From positions 1,350,001 to 1,382,000 of the forward strand of contig NZ_CP066018.1 of assembly GCF_016127575.1 (NCBI RefSeq): DNA of 32,000 nt, in the 5' to 3' direction. How positions within the stretch are numbered: the stretch's first letter is position 1; every line of letters begins with the position of its first letter. Below the pieces are notes generated by a model. That model searched no databases. It worked only from the letters and a program-made list of their open reading frames with translations, and was not told where the DNA came from. The stretch is from Cupriavidus necator (GTDB lineage: Bacteria > Pseudomonadota > Gammaproteobacteria > Burkholderiales > Burkholderiaceae). A program made the translations under genes and the position numbers. Positions 1 to 8,950 of this stretch are shown one piece after another.

Positions 1-648
1 GGCCTCGATGAAGTCCACCGCGTAGTTGTTGTGCTCCTCGATGCCGGTCGCGACCGCGAAGATGTTCGGGTCGAAGATGATGTCTTCCGGCGGGAAGCCG
101 ACGTCATTGACCAGGATGTCGTAGCTGCGCTTGCAGATCTCGGTCTTGCGCTCGAAGGTGTCGGCCTGGCCTTTCTCGTCGAAGGCCATCACCACCGAGG
201 CGGCGCCATAGCGGCGGATCAGCGCGGCGTGGTGGCGGAACTGTTCCTCGCCCTCCTTGAGCGAGATCGAGTTGACCACGGGCTTGCCCTGCACGCACTG
301 CAGGCCGGCCTCGATCACTTCCCACTTGGACGAGTCGATCATGATCGGCACGCGTGCAATGTCCGGCTCCGAGGCGATCAGGTTCAGGAAGCGAACCATG
401 GCGGCCTTCGAGTCCAGCATGGCCTCGTCCATGTTGATGTCGATGATCTGCGCGCCATTCTCGACCTGCTGGCGGGCCACCGCCAGCGCCTCGTCGAACT
501 GGCCGTTCAGGATCATGCGCGCGAAGGCCTTGGAGCCGGTCACGTTGGTGCGCTCGCCGACGTTGACGAACAACGTGTCGTCGTCGATGGTGAAGGGCTC
601 GAGGCCGGACAGGCGCATCGGGCGCGGGGGCAGTTGCTTGTCGGTCAT
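1..648 (-). CDS. metH: Methionine synthase, large C-terminal polypeptide (pterin-binding module onward). Only the 5' part is present; the gene runs off the left edge.
   Basis: Absent from the ORF track because no stop lies in the window. Reverse-strand ATG at 646-648, preceded by GGAG. Hand translation: [135 protein letters not shown]... This is colinear with the E. coli MetH pterin-binding domain as I recall it. Confidence 0.9.
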   Translation of the reverse strand, partial: MTDKQLPPRPMRLSGLEPFTIDDDTLFVNVGERTNVTGSKAFARMILNGQFDEALAVARQQVENGAQIIDINMDEAMLDSKAAMVRFLNLIASEPDIARVPIMIDSSKWEVIEAGLQCVQGKPVVNSISLKEGEEQFRHHAALIRRYGAASVVMAFDEKGQADTFERKTEICKRSYDILVNDVGFPPEDIIFDPNIFAVATGIEEHNNYAVDFIEA

Positions 649-665
649 GTTGTCGGGCTCCGGGC

Positions 666-1727
666 TCAGGCAGCGTCGCGGTACTGGCCGGGCCAGGTGC
701 GGGGGGTCTTGTTGGCCACGCGCTGGGCGATCGCGGCAATATGCTCGGGCGTGGTGCCACAGCAGCCGCCCACCAGGTTCACCAGCCCGGAGGCGGCGAA
801 CTCTTCCACCAGCGACGAGGTGACCTCGGGCGTTTCGTCAAAGCCCGTGTCGCTCATCGGGTTCGGCAAACCCGCGTTCGGGTAGCACGACACCGCCGCG
901 TCGCAGATCTTGGCCAGCTCGGCGATATACGGGCGCATCAGCGTGGCGCCCAGCGCGCAGTTCAGCCCGAAGGTGATCGGGCGGGCGTGGCGCAGGCTGT
1001 TCCAGAACGCTTCCACGGTCTGGCCCGACAGGATCCGGCCCGAAGCATCGGTCACCGTGCCGGAGATCATCACCGGCAGGCGCTCGCCGGTGTCCTCGAA
1101 CAGCTGGTCGATGGCGAACAGCGCCGCCTTGGCGTTAAGCGTGTCGAAGATGGTCTCGACCAGGAACACGTCGGCGCCGCCTTCCAGCAGGCCCTTGCCC
1201 TGTTCGTAGTAGGAATCGCGCAGCTCTTCGAAGGTCACGTTGCGCGCGCCCGGGTCGTTCACGTCGGGCGAGATGCTGGCGGTCTTGGGCGTCGGGCCGA
1301 AGGCGCCGGCGACAAAGCGCGGCTTCTCCGGCGTGCTGTACTTGTCGCAGGCGGCGCGCGCCAGGCGCGCGGCCTCGACGTTCATCTCGTACGCCAGGTC
1401 CGCCATCTTGTAGTCTTCCTGCGCCACGCCGGTGGCACCGAAGGTATTGGTCTCGATCAGGTCGGCGCCGGCGGCCAGGTACTGCTCATGGATCTCGCTG
1501 ATGACCTGCGGGCGCGTCAGCAGCAGCAGCTCGTTGTTGCCCTTGACGTCCACCTTGTGTTCCGCGAAGCGCGCGCCGCGGTAGTCCGCCTCGGTCAGCT
1601 TGTAGCGCTGGATCATGGTGCCCATGGCGCCATCCAGGATCAGAATGCGTTCTTGCAGCAGCCGGGGCAACTCGGCAGCCCGGGTGTAGGGGCGCGGCGC
1701 GGCCGCGGTGGATTCAGGGGCACTCAT
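666..1727 (-). CDS. metH: Methionine synthase, N-terminal polypeptide (homocysteine S-methyltransferase domain), encoded as a separate ORF
   Basis: Lies within track ORF 666..2414(-). The conserved part starts at [40 protein letters not shown] and ends ...[14 protein letters not shown] (Zn-binding Cys motifs of the Hcy domain). ATG at 1725-1727; an in-frame ATG at 1766 is an alternative start. Confidence 0.88.
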   Translation of the reverse strand: MSAPESTAAAPRPYTRAAELPRLLQERILILDGAMGTMIQRYKLTEADYRGARFAEHKVDVKGNNELLLLTRPQVISEIHEQYLAAGADLIETNTFGATGVAQEDYKMADLAYEMNVEAARLARAACDKYSTPEKPRFVAGAFGPTPKTASISPDVNDPGARNVTFEELRDSYYEQGKGLLEGGADVFLVETIFDTLNAKAALFAIDQLFEDTGERLPVMISGTVTDASGRILSGQTVEAFWNSLRHARPITFGLNCALGATLMRPYIAELAKICDAAVSCYPNAGLPNPMSDTGFDETPEVTSSLVEEFAASGLVNLVGGCCGTTPEHIAAIAQRVANKTPRTWPGQYRDAA

Positions 1728-1955
1728 GGCGGGGACTCTGGAAAGGCGGGCCTGCGGCGTATCCATGGCTGGATCGGCGCCGGGCCGCTGCTGTGGCCTA
1801 TGCTGGCCAAAGAGGGACGATTTTATCAGGTGTATCAAGGCCTTGCGGCTGCCCGCGATGACCCGCGGTTGCCTGTCCGGCCCGCTGGCGCCTACACTGA
1901 GAGACGTAACCGTCACCGCCCCGGTCGCTTCGCGCTGCCCCCTTCCCTGCCCGCC

Positions 1956-2348
1956 ATGCAACATCTCTCCCCCGCCGACGCCCAGGACCTGCTGGCGCAA
2001 TCGCCCGAGACGCTCTTTATCGACTGCCGCAGCGAGATGGAATACCTGTTCGTCGGTCATCCGAAGGGCGCGCACAACGTACCCTGGAACGATGGCCCGG
2101 ACTGGGAGGTCAACCCGCATTTCGTGCAGATGGTGAAGAAACTGGCGGGCCAGGCATCGGCGCGGCCGGTGCTGCTGATCTGCCGCAGCGGCAACCGCTC
2201 GTCGGCGGCGGCGCGGGCACTGGAGGGCGCGGGCTTCTCCAACGTCCAGTTCGTGCTGCACGGCTTCGAGGGCGACCTCGATGCGCAGCGCCACCGCAAT
2301 ACGGTCAACGGCTGGCGCCATGACGGGCTGCCGTGGGAACAATACTGA
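1956..2348 (+). CDS. Single-domain rhodanese-like sulfurtransferase
   Basis: C-terminal 130 aa of track ORF 741..2348(+), starting [13 protein letters not shown]. Active-site loop CRSGNRS. High GC3 only from the ATG at 1956 onward. Confidence 0.85.
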   Translation: MQHLSPADAQDLLAQSPETLFIDCRSEMEYLFVGHPKGAHNVPWNDGPDWEVNPHFVQMVKKLAGQASARPVLLICRSGNRSSAAARALEGAGFSNVQFVLHGFEGDLDAQRHRNTVNGWRHDGLPWEQY

Positions 2349-2374
2349 GCGCGGCCCGCAGCGCCCACCACCAA

Positions 2375-2400
2375 CAAAAAAGCCCGCCGAAGCGGGCGTG
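2375..2400. terminator. Bidirectional intrinsic terminator between the convergent rhodanese and DUF3567 genes
   Basis: AAAAAA-GCCCGC-CGAA-GCGGGC hairpin (stem 2382-2387 / 2392-2397). The A-run on the left gives a U-run for the minus-strand transcript. Confidence 0.6.
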
Positions 2401-2420
2401 ATCGTTCCAGGCAAAGCCGC

Positions 2421-2678
2421 TCAGTGCATCACCAGCGGGTGCATCATGACGTTGTCGAACTTGCCGAGAAAATCGTCGACTTCCTCCACGGATGGCTCGC
2501 TTTCGATCAGGCGTTTGACATCGGCGCGGAAGCTCTCGGCCAGATGGCCGCCGAGGAAGATTTCGCGCTTCAGGTTCTTGTCGACGATTTCATAGCCACC
2601 AAACTCAAGCGGCGCCTGATCGACATCCGCACCAAACTCCACGATGCAGTAGTTGTCGCTGTTGTAGATCATTTGCAT
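2421..2678 (-). CDS. DUF3567-family small acidic protein (85 aa)
   Basis: MQMIYNSDNYCIVEFGADVDQAPLEFGGYEIVDKNLKREIFLGGHLAESFRADVKRLIESEPSVEEVDDFLGKFDNVMMHPLVMH. GGAGG lies 5 nt upstream of the ATG at 2676-2678. The longer track ORF (to 2771) has a non-coding-like N-terminus. Confidence 0.8.
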   Translation of the reverse strand: MQMIYNSDNYCIVEFGADVDQAPLEFGGYEIVDKNLKREIFLGGHLAESFRADVKRLIESEPSVEEVDDFLGKFDNVMMHPLVMH

Positions 2679-2903
2679 GGCACACCTCCTGGGCGTCATG
2701 GATGGGCGGCATGCCCTTGTGGTTCTTGCCTCAGTTGATGCCTTGAGGGGGCGCCGCGGCTTTACCTCCAAACTTGGGGTGACCGGCGGGAAATCAAGTT
2801 ATTGGTGCGGGTCACCTCGTTGCCACGATTTTCTGCCTTACATGAATTGGGCATCGGCCAATGCAACAAGTTTCTTGAGCCTTCCACATCAGTGTGTTGC
2901 TTG

Positions 2904-3746
2904 TCACGGAACGTCGCACTGCCCCCCGCATGCGGCATTCCCGAGAAAGGCGTCCAGCGCGGCGTGGAAGCGCTCGGGCTGCTCCACGTGCACCAGGTGC
3001 GCCGCTTGCGGCACGACCTCGAGCCTGGCTCCGGGAATCGCCGCGGCGATGCTCTGCGCCATCGCCACGGTTGCGCCCTGGTCCTGCTCGCCCGCTACTA
3101 CCAGCGTAGGACAATGAATGCGGGAAAGCGCGCCGGCAAGGTCAAAAGCCATGATTGCCCCGGCCACACCCACGTATCCACGTACCGGCGTGGCCACCAG
3201 ACTGTCGCGAATGCGCGACACCTGGTCGCGATGCGCCTCATGGAAGGCCGGCGTCAGCCAGCGCCCGAGGGTGGCATCGGCCATCCCGGCCATGCCATGG
3301 GCCTCGGCCTGGCCGATGCGGTTGTGCCACATCGGGTGCGCCTCCATCGGGGTCTGGCTGTTGGTGGCCACCAGCGCCAGCGACAGCAGCCGTTCGGGAT
3401 GGCGCAGCCCCATGGTCTGCCCGATCATGCCGCCCACGGAAATCCCGCAGAAATGCGCCTGGGGGATCTGCAGCGCGTCCATCACCGCGACCACGTCGTC
3501 GGCCAGCCGCGTCATGGTGTAGGGCCCGAGCGGGGCGTCGCTGGCGCCGTGGCCGCGCATGTCAGGGCGCACCACGCGATAGCGGCGCGCCAGGTGCTGC
3601 GCGGTGGCATCCCACAGCGTGTGGTCGGCAGCCAGGGCGTGGGCCAGTATCACCCAGGGCCCGTCCGCCCCGTCCACGCGCACGTGCAGGTCGGCGCCTT
3701 CGGCGTGGATGCGGTGGGTTTCGGCTGGTGGCGTGGCAACGGTCAT
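2904..3746 (-). CDS. Alpha/beta-fold hydrolase, 3-oxoadipate enol-lactonase-like
   Basis: 280-aa ORF with the nucleophile elbow GISVGG (G-x-S-x-G) and lactonase-like length and layout (HALAADHTLWD..., RPDMRGHGAS). Confidence 0.85.
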   Translation of the reverse strand: MTVATPPAETHRIHAEGADLHVRVDGADGPWVILAHALAADHTLWDATAQHLARRYRVVRPDMRGHGASDAPLGPYTMTRLADDVVAVMDALQIPQAHFCGISVGGMIGQTMGLRHPERLLSLALVATNSQTPMEAHPMWHNRIGQAEAHGMAGMADATLGRWLTPAFHEAHRDQVSRIRDSLVATPVRGYVGVAGAIMAFDLAGALSRIHCPTLVVAGEQDQGATVAMAQSIAAAIPGARLEVVPQAAHLVHVEQPERFHAALDAFLGNAACGGQCDVP

Positions 3747-3797
3747 GGCTGGGCTCCTTTCGGTTGGATGATGCGTCGGGAGGCGCGCGCCGCGGTC

Positions 3798-4886
3798 CTA
3801 CTGCCCTTCCCTGCCGCGGTACACGAGGTCGATCTGGGTGCCGTCGGGCTCGGTCTGGCGCAGGCGCACCGGCATCCAGCCGAGCGACTGCGCCAGCCAC
3901 AGCTCGACGCGGCGCCGGTCATTGGCACGGCGCTGCAGCCTCACAAAGTGCTTTGCTCGTATCACGCCGTTGCCGGTGTCGATCTCGTCCTCTCCAACAT
4001 ACTGTACTTGCATGGGTTCCACATCCCGCGTGTCGGCCACGAGGAACGCTTCCGTCACTCCGGGGGTGGCGTATCGCTGGGGATTGCCGCGCACCAGCCC
4101 CACCAGCTGCAGGAATACGCTGAAGCGGTCCTGCGCGCCGGGCGGGAACGGCGCCTGCGTGCCCGAGGCAAATACCGCGGTGCCGGCCGCGGCATCGAAC
4201 CGCGAGGTCTCGGTCTTGTTGCGGCGGCGCTCTTCGTAGCGTTCCGGCAACAGTCCCTGCACCGCCATCGCGCCGCCGCTCTGGAAGGCAAAGCGGAACC
4301 ACAGCACGCGGGTTTCGACCGCCAGCCGGTAGCGGCTGCCGTCCTGCTCCCAGCGGATCAGGCCGTCGGGGTTCTGCACGCCGTTGACGAAGCTGGCGTA
4401 GTGCATCGTCGCCGACGGCGGCGGGTCGTAGCGCACGCCATCGACGCCGCCCTGCGGCCCGCCGGACGGCGCGGCAGCGGCGGCAGGCCTGGCCGCGCTG
4501 CCCTCGCCGCCACTGCCCGACGCCATCTCGGTCGCGCCCTGCGGGCTGGTGGCGAGCGGGGGAGCGGGGGCTTCCTGCGGCGCGGGTTCCGGGGCCGGCG
4601 CGGCCGCCCTGGGCTGCGGGCGCGGGCGCGGCACCGGCCGCGGCGCGGGTGGGGCTGGCGGCCTGGGCGGCGGCAGCAGCACCGCTTCCAGCGTGGGCGT
4701 GTTGCTGACATCCACCGGGATCAGCGGCCCCGGCATGCGCACGAAGCCCACCACGGCCAGCACGTGGACCAGCAGCACCAGGGCGATCACGATGATCCAG
4801 CGCCGCCGGCGCCAGACGCGGGGATCCGCGCCGGGCCGGGCGTGGAGATCAGGATTGGCCGGTTTCTCCGGCCGGGGTGGCTGCAC
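3798..4886 (-). CDS. DUF3108-like membrane-anchored protein with a TonB-like Pro-rich spacer
   Basis: RRRRW followed by a hydrophobic helix (IIVIALVLLVHVLAVVGFV), a Pro/Ala-rich stretch (nt 4557-4676), then a C-terminal beta-rich domain. The start is uncertain. The ATG at 4964 would overlap the IclR gene by 116 nt. I favour the in-frame GTG at 4884-4886, which gives a 38-nt overlap. Confidence 0.7.
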   Translation of the reverse strand: MQPPRPEKPANPDLHARPGADPRVWRRRRWIIVIALVLLVHVLAVVGFVRMPGPLIPVDVSNTPTLEAVLLPPPRPPAPPAPRPVPRPRPQPRAAAPAPEPAPQEAPAPPLATSPQGATEMASGSGGEGSAARPAAAAAPSGGPQGGVDGVRYDPPPSATMHYASFVNGVQNPDGLIRWEQDGSRYRLAVETRVLWFRFAFQSGGAMAVQGLLPERYEERRRNKTETSRFDAAAGTAVFASGTQAPFPPGAQDRFSVFLQLVGLVRGNPQRYATPGVTEAFLVADTRDVEPMQVQYVGEDEIDTGNGVIRAKHFVRLQRRANDRRRVELWLAQSLGWMPVRLRQTEPDGTQIDLVYRGREGQ

Positions 4887-5682
4887 CAAGGTAGCCAAGT
4901 TCCGATGAGAGCTGTTGGGCGATGTCGCGGATGCGACGATCCATCGTACCGCCCCATTCTGCATCGAATATGCTCTGCGCGCCCAGTACGATCAGCCCCA
5001 TGGCCAGGTGGCCGTTGGCATTGAACACCGGCATCGAGAACGCATTGATGCCCGGCAGCACGCCGCCGAGCGTGCGCGCCGCGCCATGCGCGCGCACCTC
5101 GGCGCAGATCGCGTCGTATTCGGCCAGCGAGCGCGGCATGTCGGGCAAGCCGTCATTGCCGCGAGCGCCCAGCTCGCGTTCGATCAGCGGCAGGGTCTGC
5201 TTGCGCGGCAGGTAGGCGCCGTACAGGCGCCCGGTGGCGGAGTTCAGCATCGGCATCACATCGCCCAGGCGCAGGCTGACGGTGACGGGATGGCTGGATT
5301 CCTCCCAGTGCACCACGGTGGGACCGTGGTTGCCCCACACGGCAATGCCGGCGGTCAGGTCCAGTTCGTCGCGCAGCTGCGACAGGATCGGGCGCGCCTT
5401 CTTGACCGGATCGAGGCGGTTCAGCCCGGCCAGGCCCAGCTGCAGCGCGAACGGGCCCAGGTCATAGCGCCCGCTGACGGGGTCCTGCGCCACCGCGCCC
5501 AGCCGCATGAAGCTGACCAGGTAGCGATGGGCCTTGGCCGGGTTCATGTCGGCGGCGGCGGCCAGGTCGCGCAGCATCATCGCGCGCGGCGACACCGCCA
5601 GCGCCTGCAGCAGCCTGAAGCCCACCTCGATGGACTGGATGCCGGAACGCAGCTTGGTGTCTTCTTCTTCGGTCTCTGACAT
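4849..5682 (-). CDS. IclR-family transcriptional regulator
   Basis: MSETEEEDTKLRSGIQSIEVGFRLLQAL... has an N-terminal wHTH and a C-terminal IclR effector domain. It is divergent from the Bug/FAH genes. ATG at 5680-5682. Confidence 0.9.
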   Translation of the reverse strand: MSETEEEDTKLRSGIQSIEVGFRLLQALAVSPRAMMLRDLAAAADMNPAKAHRYLVSFMRLGAVAQDPVSGRYDLGPFALQLGLAGLNRLDPVKKARPILSQLRDELDLTAGIAVWGNHGPTVVHWEESSHPVTVSLRLGDVMPMLNSATGRLYGAYLPRKQTLPLIERELGARGNDGLPDMPRSLAEYDAICAEVRAHGAARTLGGVLPGINAFSMPVFNANGHLAMGLIVLGAQSIFDAEWGGTMDRRIRDIAQQLSSELGYLGAATPAGETGQS

Positions 5683-5724
5683 GCGGCGGATGGTTTGCTC
5701 CCCGGGAGGCGGGGGAAATTCGTA

Positions 5725-5755
5725 GGTAAATTTACTATAGCGAAATCGATTTACC
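5725..5755. promoter_or_regulatory. Candidate IclR operator region (nested palindromes)
   Basis: GGTAAAT (5725-5731) and ATTTACC (5749-5755) form an inverted repeat. It encloses the 10-bp palindromes GTAAATTTAC and AAATCGATTT. This sits in an AT-rich patch of the divergent IclR/Bug intergenic region. Confidence 0.4.
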
Positions 5756-5861
5756 AATTTTTAAGCCATCGGTAGACTTTCTTCGCAACAGACCTGGCCG
5801 GCGACATGCCTCTCGTGCAAGCCCGCCCGAACCGGGCCCCTTTTTAACACGGAGACAACCG

Positions 5862-6860
5862 ATGCGCCCCCTTGGCCACTTCCGCCCCGCCCTCGCCGCA
5901 TTGACGGCCGGTACTCTGTTTGCTGCCCTGTTCACCGCCAGCGCCCCCGCGCGCGCCGATGACTGGCCGTCGCAGCCGATCCGCTGGGTCGTGCCCTATC
6001 CCGCCGGCGGCGGCACCGACGTGGTGGCGCGCACTGTGGCGCAGGCCATCACCCCGGGGCTGGGCAAGCAGGTGGTGATCGACAACCGCCCGGGCGCGGC
6101 CACCATCGTCGGCGCCGATGCCGTGGCGCATGCCAAGCCCGACGGCTACACCGTGCTGACCGCCGACACCGCCACGCTGGCCGCCAATCCGTCGCTGTAC
6201 AAGAAGCTGCCGTACAACCCGGACAAGGACTTCGTCTACATCGGCCAGCTTGCGCGCTTCCCGCTGGTGCTGGTGGCCAATCCCAACTTCCCGGCGCGCA
6301 CGCTCAAGGAAGTGGTCGCGTACGCGCAGAAGAACCCGGGCAAGGTCAATTTCGCCTCGCCGGGCGCGGGCAGCCCGCACCACCTGGCGATGGAACTGTT
6401 CATGGACCAGACCCGGGTCAAGATGACGCACGTGCCCTACAAGGGCGCGGCGCCGGCGGTGCAGGACCTGCTCGCGGGCCAGGTCGACCTGATGTTCCTG
6501 GACCTGGCCTCGGGCCAGCAGAACGTGCAGGCGGGCAAGCTGCGCGCGCTCGGCGTGGCCACGCCCAAGCGCCTTACCGTGCTGCCCGGCGTGCCGACCG
6601 TGGCCGAGGGCGGCGTGGCCGGCTTCGAGGCCTACGCCTGGCAAGGCATGGTGGCGCCGGCCGGCACGCCCAAGGCCGTGGTCACGCGCCTGAATGCCGA
6701 GCTGGTCAAGGCGCTGAAGACGCCCGAGGTGCAGAAGAAGCTGGAAGGCGTGGGCGTGGAGGCGGTCTACAGCACGCCCGAGGAATTCGCCAGCTACGCG
6801 CGCGCCGAGGGCGAGCGCTGGGGCAAGCTGATCAAGGCCAAGGGCATCACCGTCGACTGA
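5862..6860 (+). CDS. Bug-family (TctC-like) periplasmic tripartite tricarboxylate transporter substrate-binding protein
   Basis: Signal peptide ending ...ASAPARA, followed by the typical Bug N-terminus WPSQPIRWVVPYPAGGGTDVVAR. GGAGA Shine-Dalgarno sequence upstream. Confidence 0.9.
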   Translation: MRPLGHFRPALAALTAGTLFAALFTASAPARADDWPSQPIRWVVPYPAGGGTDVVARTVAQAITPGLGKQVVIDNRPGAATIVGADAVAHAKPDGYTVLTADTATLAANPSLYKKLPYNPDKDFVYIGQLARFPLVLVANPNFPARTLKEVVAYAQKNPGKVNFASPGAGSPHHLAMELFMDQTRVKMTHVPYKGAAPAVQDLLAGQVDLMFLDLASGQQNVQAGKLRALGVATPKRLTVLPGVPTVAEGGVAGFEAYAWQGMVAPAGTPKAVVTRLNAELVKALKTPEVQKKLEGVGVEAVYSTPEEFASYARAEGERWGKLIKAKGITVD

Positions 6861-6942
6861 CTGGCGCGCGGGCAGGCCACGGTAGACTAGCGGCCAACGC
6901 GCCTGCGATGCAGGCGCCCCTGATCCCTACCCCATCGCACCC

Positions 6943-7923
6943 ATGAAACTCGCAACCCTGAAGGACGGTTCGCGCGACGGCCAGCTGGTGGTCGTGTCGC
7001 GCGACCTGAAGCAAGCCCACTACGCCACCGACATCGCCGGCAAGCTGCAGACCGTGCTGGACGACTGGAATTTCTACGCGCCCCAGCTGCAGGACCTGTA
7101 CGACGCGCTCAACGCCGGCCGCGCACGCCACCCGTTCGCGTTCGCCCCCAGGGACTGCATGGCACCGCTGCCGCGCGCCTACCAGTGGGCCGACGGCTCG
7201 GCCTATGTCAACCATGTGGAGCTAGTGCGCAAGGCGCGCGGCGCCGAGATGCCAGCCGAGTTCTGGACCGACCCGCTGATGTACCAGGGCGGCTCGGACG
7301 ACTTCGTCGGGCCGCAGGACGATATCGTCTGCGCCAGCGAGGCCTTCGGCATCGACTTCGAGGCCGAGGTGGCCGTGATCACCGGCGACGTGAGGATGGG
7401 CGCCACGCCCGAGCAGGCCGGCGACGCCATCCGCCTGGTGATGCTGGCCAACGATGTCTCGCTGCGCAACCTGATCCCGGCCGAACTGGGCAAGGGCTTC
7501 GGCTTCTTCCAGAGCAAGCCCGCCACGGCGTTCTCGCCGGTGGCGGTGACGCCCGACGAACTCGGCGAAGCCTGGCGCGAGCGCAAGGTGCATCTGCCGA
7601 TGACCGTGCACTGGAACAGCAAGAAGGTGGGCCAGCCCGACTGCGGCACTGACATGGTGTTCGATTTCGGCCAGCTGATCGCGCATATCTGCAAGACCCG
7701 CAACGTGCGCGCCGGCAGCATCGTGGGCTCGGGCACGATCTCCAACGTTGATCGCAAGAAGGGCTACTGCTGCATTGCCGAGAAGCGCATGCTGGAAACC
7801 ATCGATGAAGGCAAGCCCGTGACCGAGTTCATGAAGTTCGGCGACGCGGTCAAGATCGAGATGTTCGACGCGCAGGGCCATTCGGTATTCGGCGCGATCG
7901 ACCAGCTGGTGGCAGCGGCCTGA
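6943..7923 (+). CDS. Fumarylacetoacetate hydrolase (FAH) family protein
   Basis: 326 aa, MKLATLKDGSRDGQLVVVSRDL... with a C-terminal FAH fold (GTPEQ..., GSGTISN). Confidence 0.88.
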   Translation: MKLATLKDGSRDGQLVVVSRDLKQAHYATDIAGKLQTVLDDWNFYAPQLQDLYDALNAGRARHPFAFAPRDCMAPLPRAYQWADGSAYVNHVELVRKARGAEMPAEFWTDPLMYQGGSDDFVGPQDDIVCASEAFGIDFEAEVAVITGDVRMGATPEQAGDAIRLVMLANDVSLRNLIPAELGKGFGFFQSKPATAFSPVAVTPDELGEAWRERKVHLPMTVHWNSKKVGQPDCGTDMVFDFGQLIAHICKTRNVRAGSIVGSGTISNVDRKKGYCCIAEKRMLETIDEGKPVTEFMKFGDAVKIEMFDAQGHSVFGAIDQLVAAA

Positions 7924-7975
7924 CGCAGGTGGGGGCCGCTGGCTGCGGCGGCGAGCCGGATGTGCATATAATTAA

Positions 7976-7991
7976 CCGACCGATCGGTTGG
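7976..7991. promoter_or_regulatory. Palindromic site in an AT-rich patch upstream of the crotonase gene
   Basis: ACCGATCGGT is a perfect 10-bp palindrome (7979-7988). It extends imperfectly to CCGACCGATCGGTTGG and is flanked by TGCATATAATTAA. Confidence 0.3.
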
Positions 7992-8042
7992 CAAATAACG
8001 ATGCATGCGGCGCGCCGCTAACCCCTTCCTCTCAGGCCCCCA

Positions 8043-8876
8043 ATGACTACCCCCACCGCTGACCCCACCCCCCTCTCCCCCCGCTACGAGCGCTATCGCG
8101 CACTGACGCTGCGCCGCCACGGCCCCATCCTCGAAATCATCATGGGCGCGGCCCAGTCGGCCAACCAGAAGCTGGCCACGGCGGACGCCAACATGCACCG
8201 CGAGCTGGCCGAGATCTGGCGCGACGTATCCGCCGACCCCGAGGTGCGCGTGGCGCTGATCCGCGGCGAGGGCAAGGGCTTCTCCGCCGGCGGCGACCTG
8301 GCGCTGGTGGAAGACATGGCCAACGACTTCGAGACCCGCACCCGCGTCTGGCACGAGGCGCGCGACCTGGTCTACAACGTCATCAACTGCGACAAGCCGG
8401 TGGTCTCAGCCATGCACGGTCCCGCCGTCGGCGCCGGGCTGGTGGCGGGCCTGCTGGCAGATATCTCGATCGCGGCCAGGAGCGCGCGCATCGTCGACGG
8501 CCATACCCGGCTGGGCGTGGCCGCCGGCGACCATGCCGCGATCGTGTGGCCGCTGCTGTGCGGAATGGCCAAGGCCAAGTACTATCTGATGCTGTGCGAG
8601 TCGGTCAGCGGCGAGGAAGCCGAGCGGATCGGCCTGGTCTCGCTGGCGGTGGAAGAGGACGAACTGGTGGCGCGCGCCTTCGAGGTGGCCAACCGGCTGG
8701 CGGCCGGGTCGCAGACCGCGATCCGCTGGACCAAGTACGCCCTCAATAACTGGCTGCGCATGGCCGGCCCCGCCTTCGACACCTCGCTGGCGCTTGAATT
8801 CATGGGCTTTGCCGGCCCCGACGTGCACGAAGGCGTGGCGAGCCTGCGCCAGAAGCGGCCGCCACAGTTCAGGTAA
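8043..8876 (+). CDS. Enoyl-CoA hydratase/isomerase (crotonase) family protein
   Basis: 277 aa with an oxyanion-hole region [12 protein letters not shown] and ...MHGPAVGAG. Confidence 0.9.
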   Translation: MTTPTADPTPLSPRYERYRALTLRRHGPILEIIMGAAQSANQKLATADANMHRELAEIWRDVSADPEVRVALIRGEGKGFSAGGDLALVEDMANDFETRTRVWHEARDLVYNVINCDKPVVSAMHGPAVGAGLVAGLLADISIAARSARIVDGHTRLGVAAGDHAAIVWPLLCGMAKAKYYLMLCESVSGEEAERIGLVSLAVEEDELVARAFEVANRLAAGSQTAIRWTKYALNNWLRMAGPAFDTSLALEFMGFAGPDVHEGVASLRQKRPPQFR

Positions 8877-8950
8877 CGACGACGCAGCCGCCGGCCCGAC
8901 GGGCCCTCCTGGCCAATCCCGGGGCTGCGCCGCACACGGAGCGCTCGACC

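Noticed and set aside
31-885. Track ORFs 31..885(+), 104..760(-) and 257..823(+) at the left edge
   Set aside because: They overlap the clearly homologous metH reading frame (minus strand, frame of positions 1-648). That frame was missing from the track only because it has no stop in the window.
1728-1955. Possible SAH or cobalamin riboswitch in the metH 5' leader
   Set aside because: I read the minus-strand leader by eye and did not find the conserved SAH-riboswitch core as I remember it (GAGGAGCGC...CAACGGCGCUC) or a B12 box. A cmscan would be needed to exclude one fully.
2802-5024. 740-aa ORF on the plus strand, plus many other long ORFs such as 9435..11144(-), 19095..20825(-), 8582..9856(-), 14606..15850(+), 15978..17021(-), 17986..19098(-) and 21921..23057(+)
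   Set aside because: All are Arg/Ala/Pro/Gly-rich translations lying opposite or out of frame to genes with clear family signatures. This is typical of stop-codon-poor shadow frames in a genome of about 66% GC. None carries a recognisable motif.
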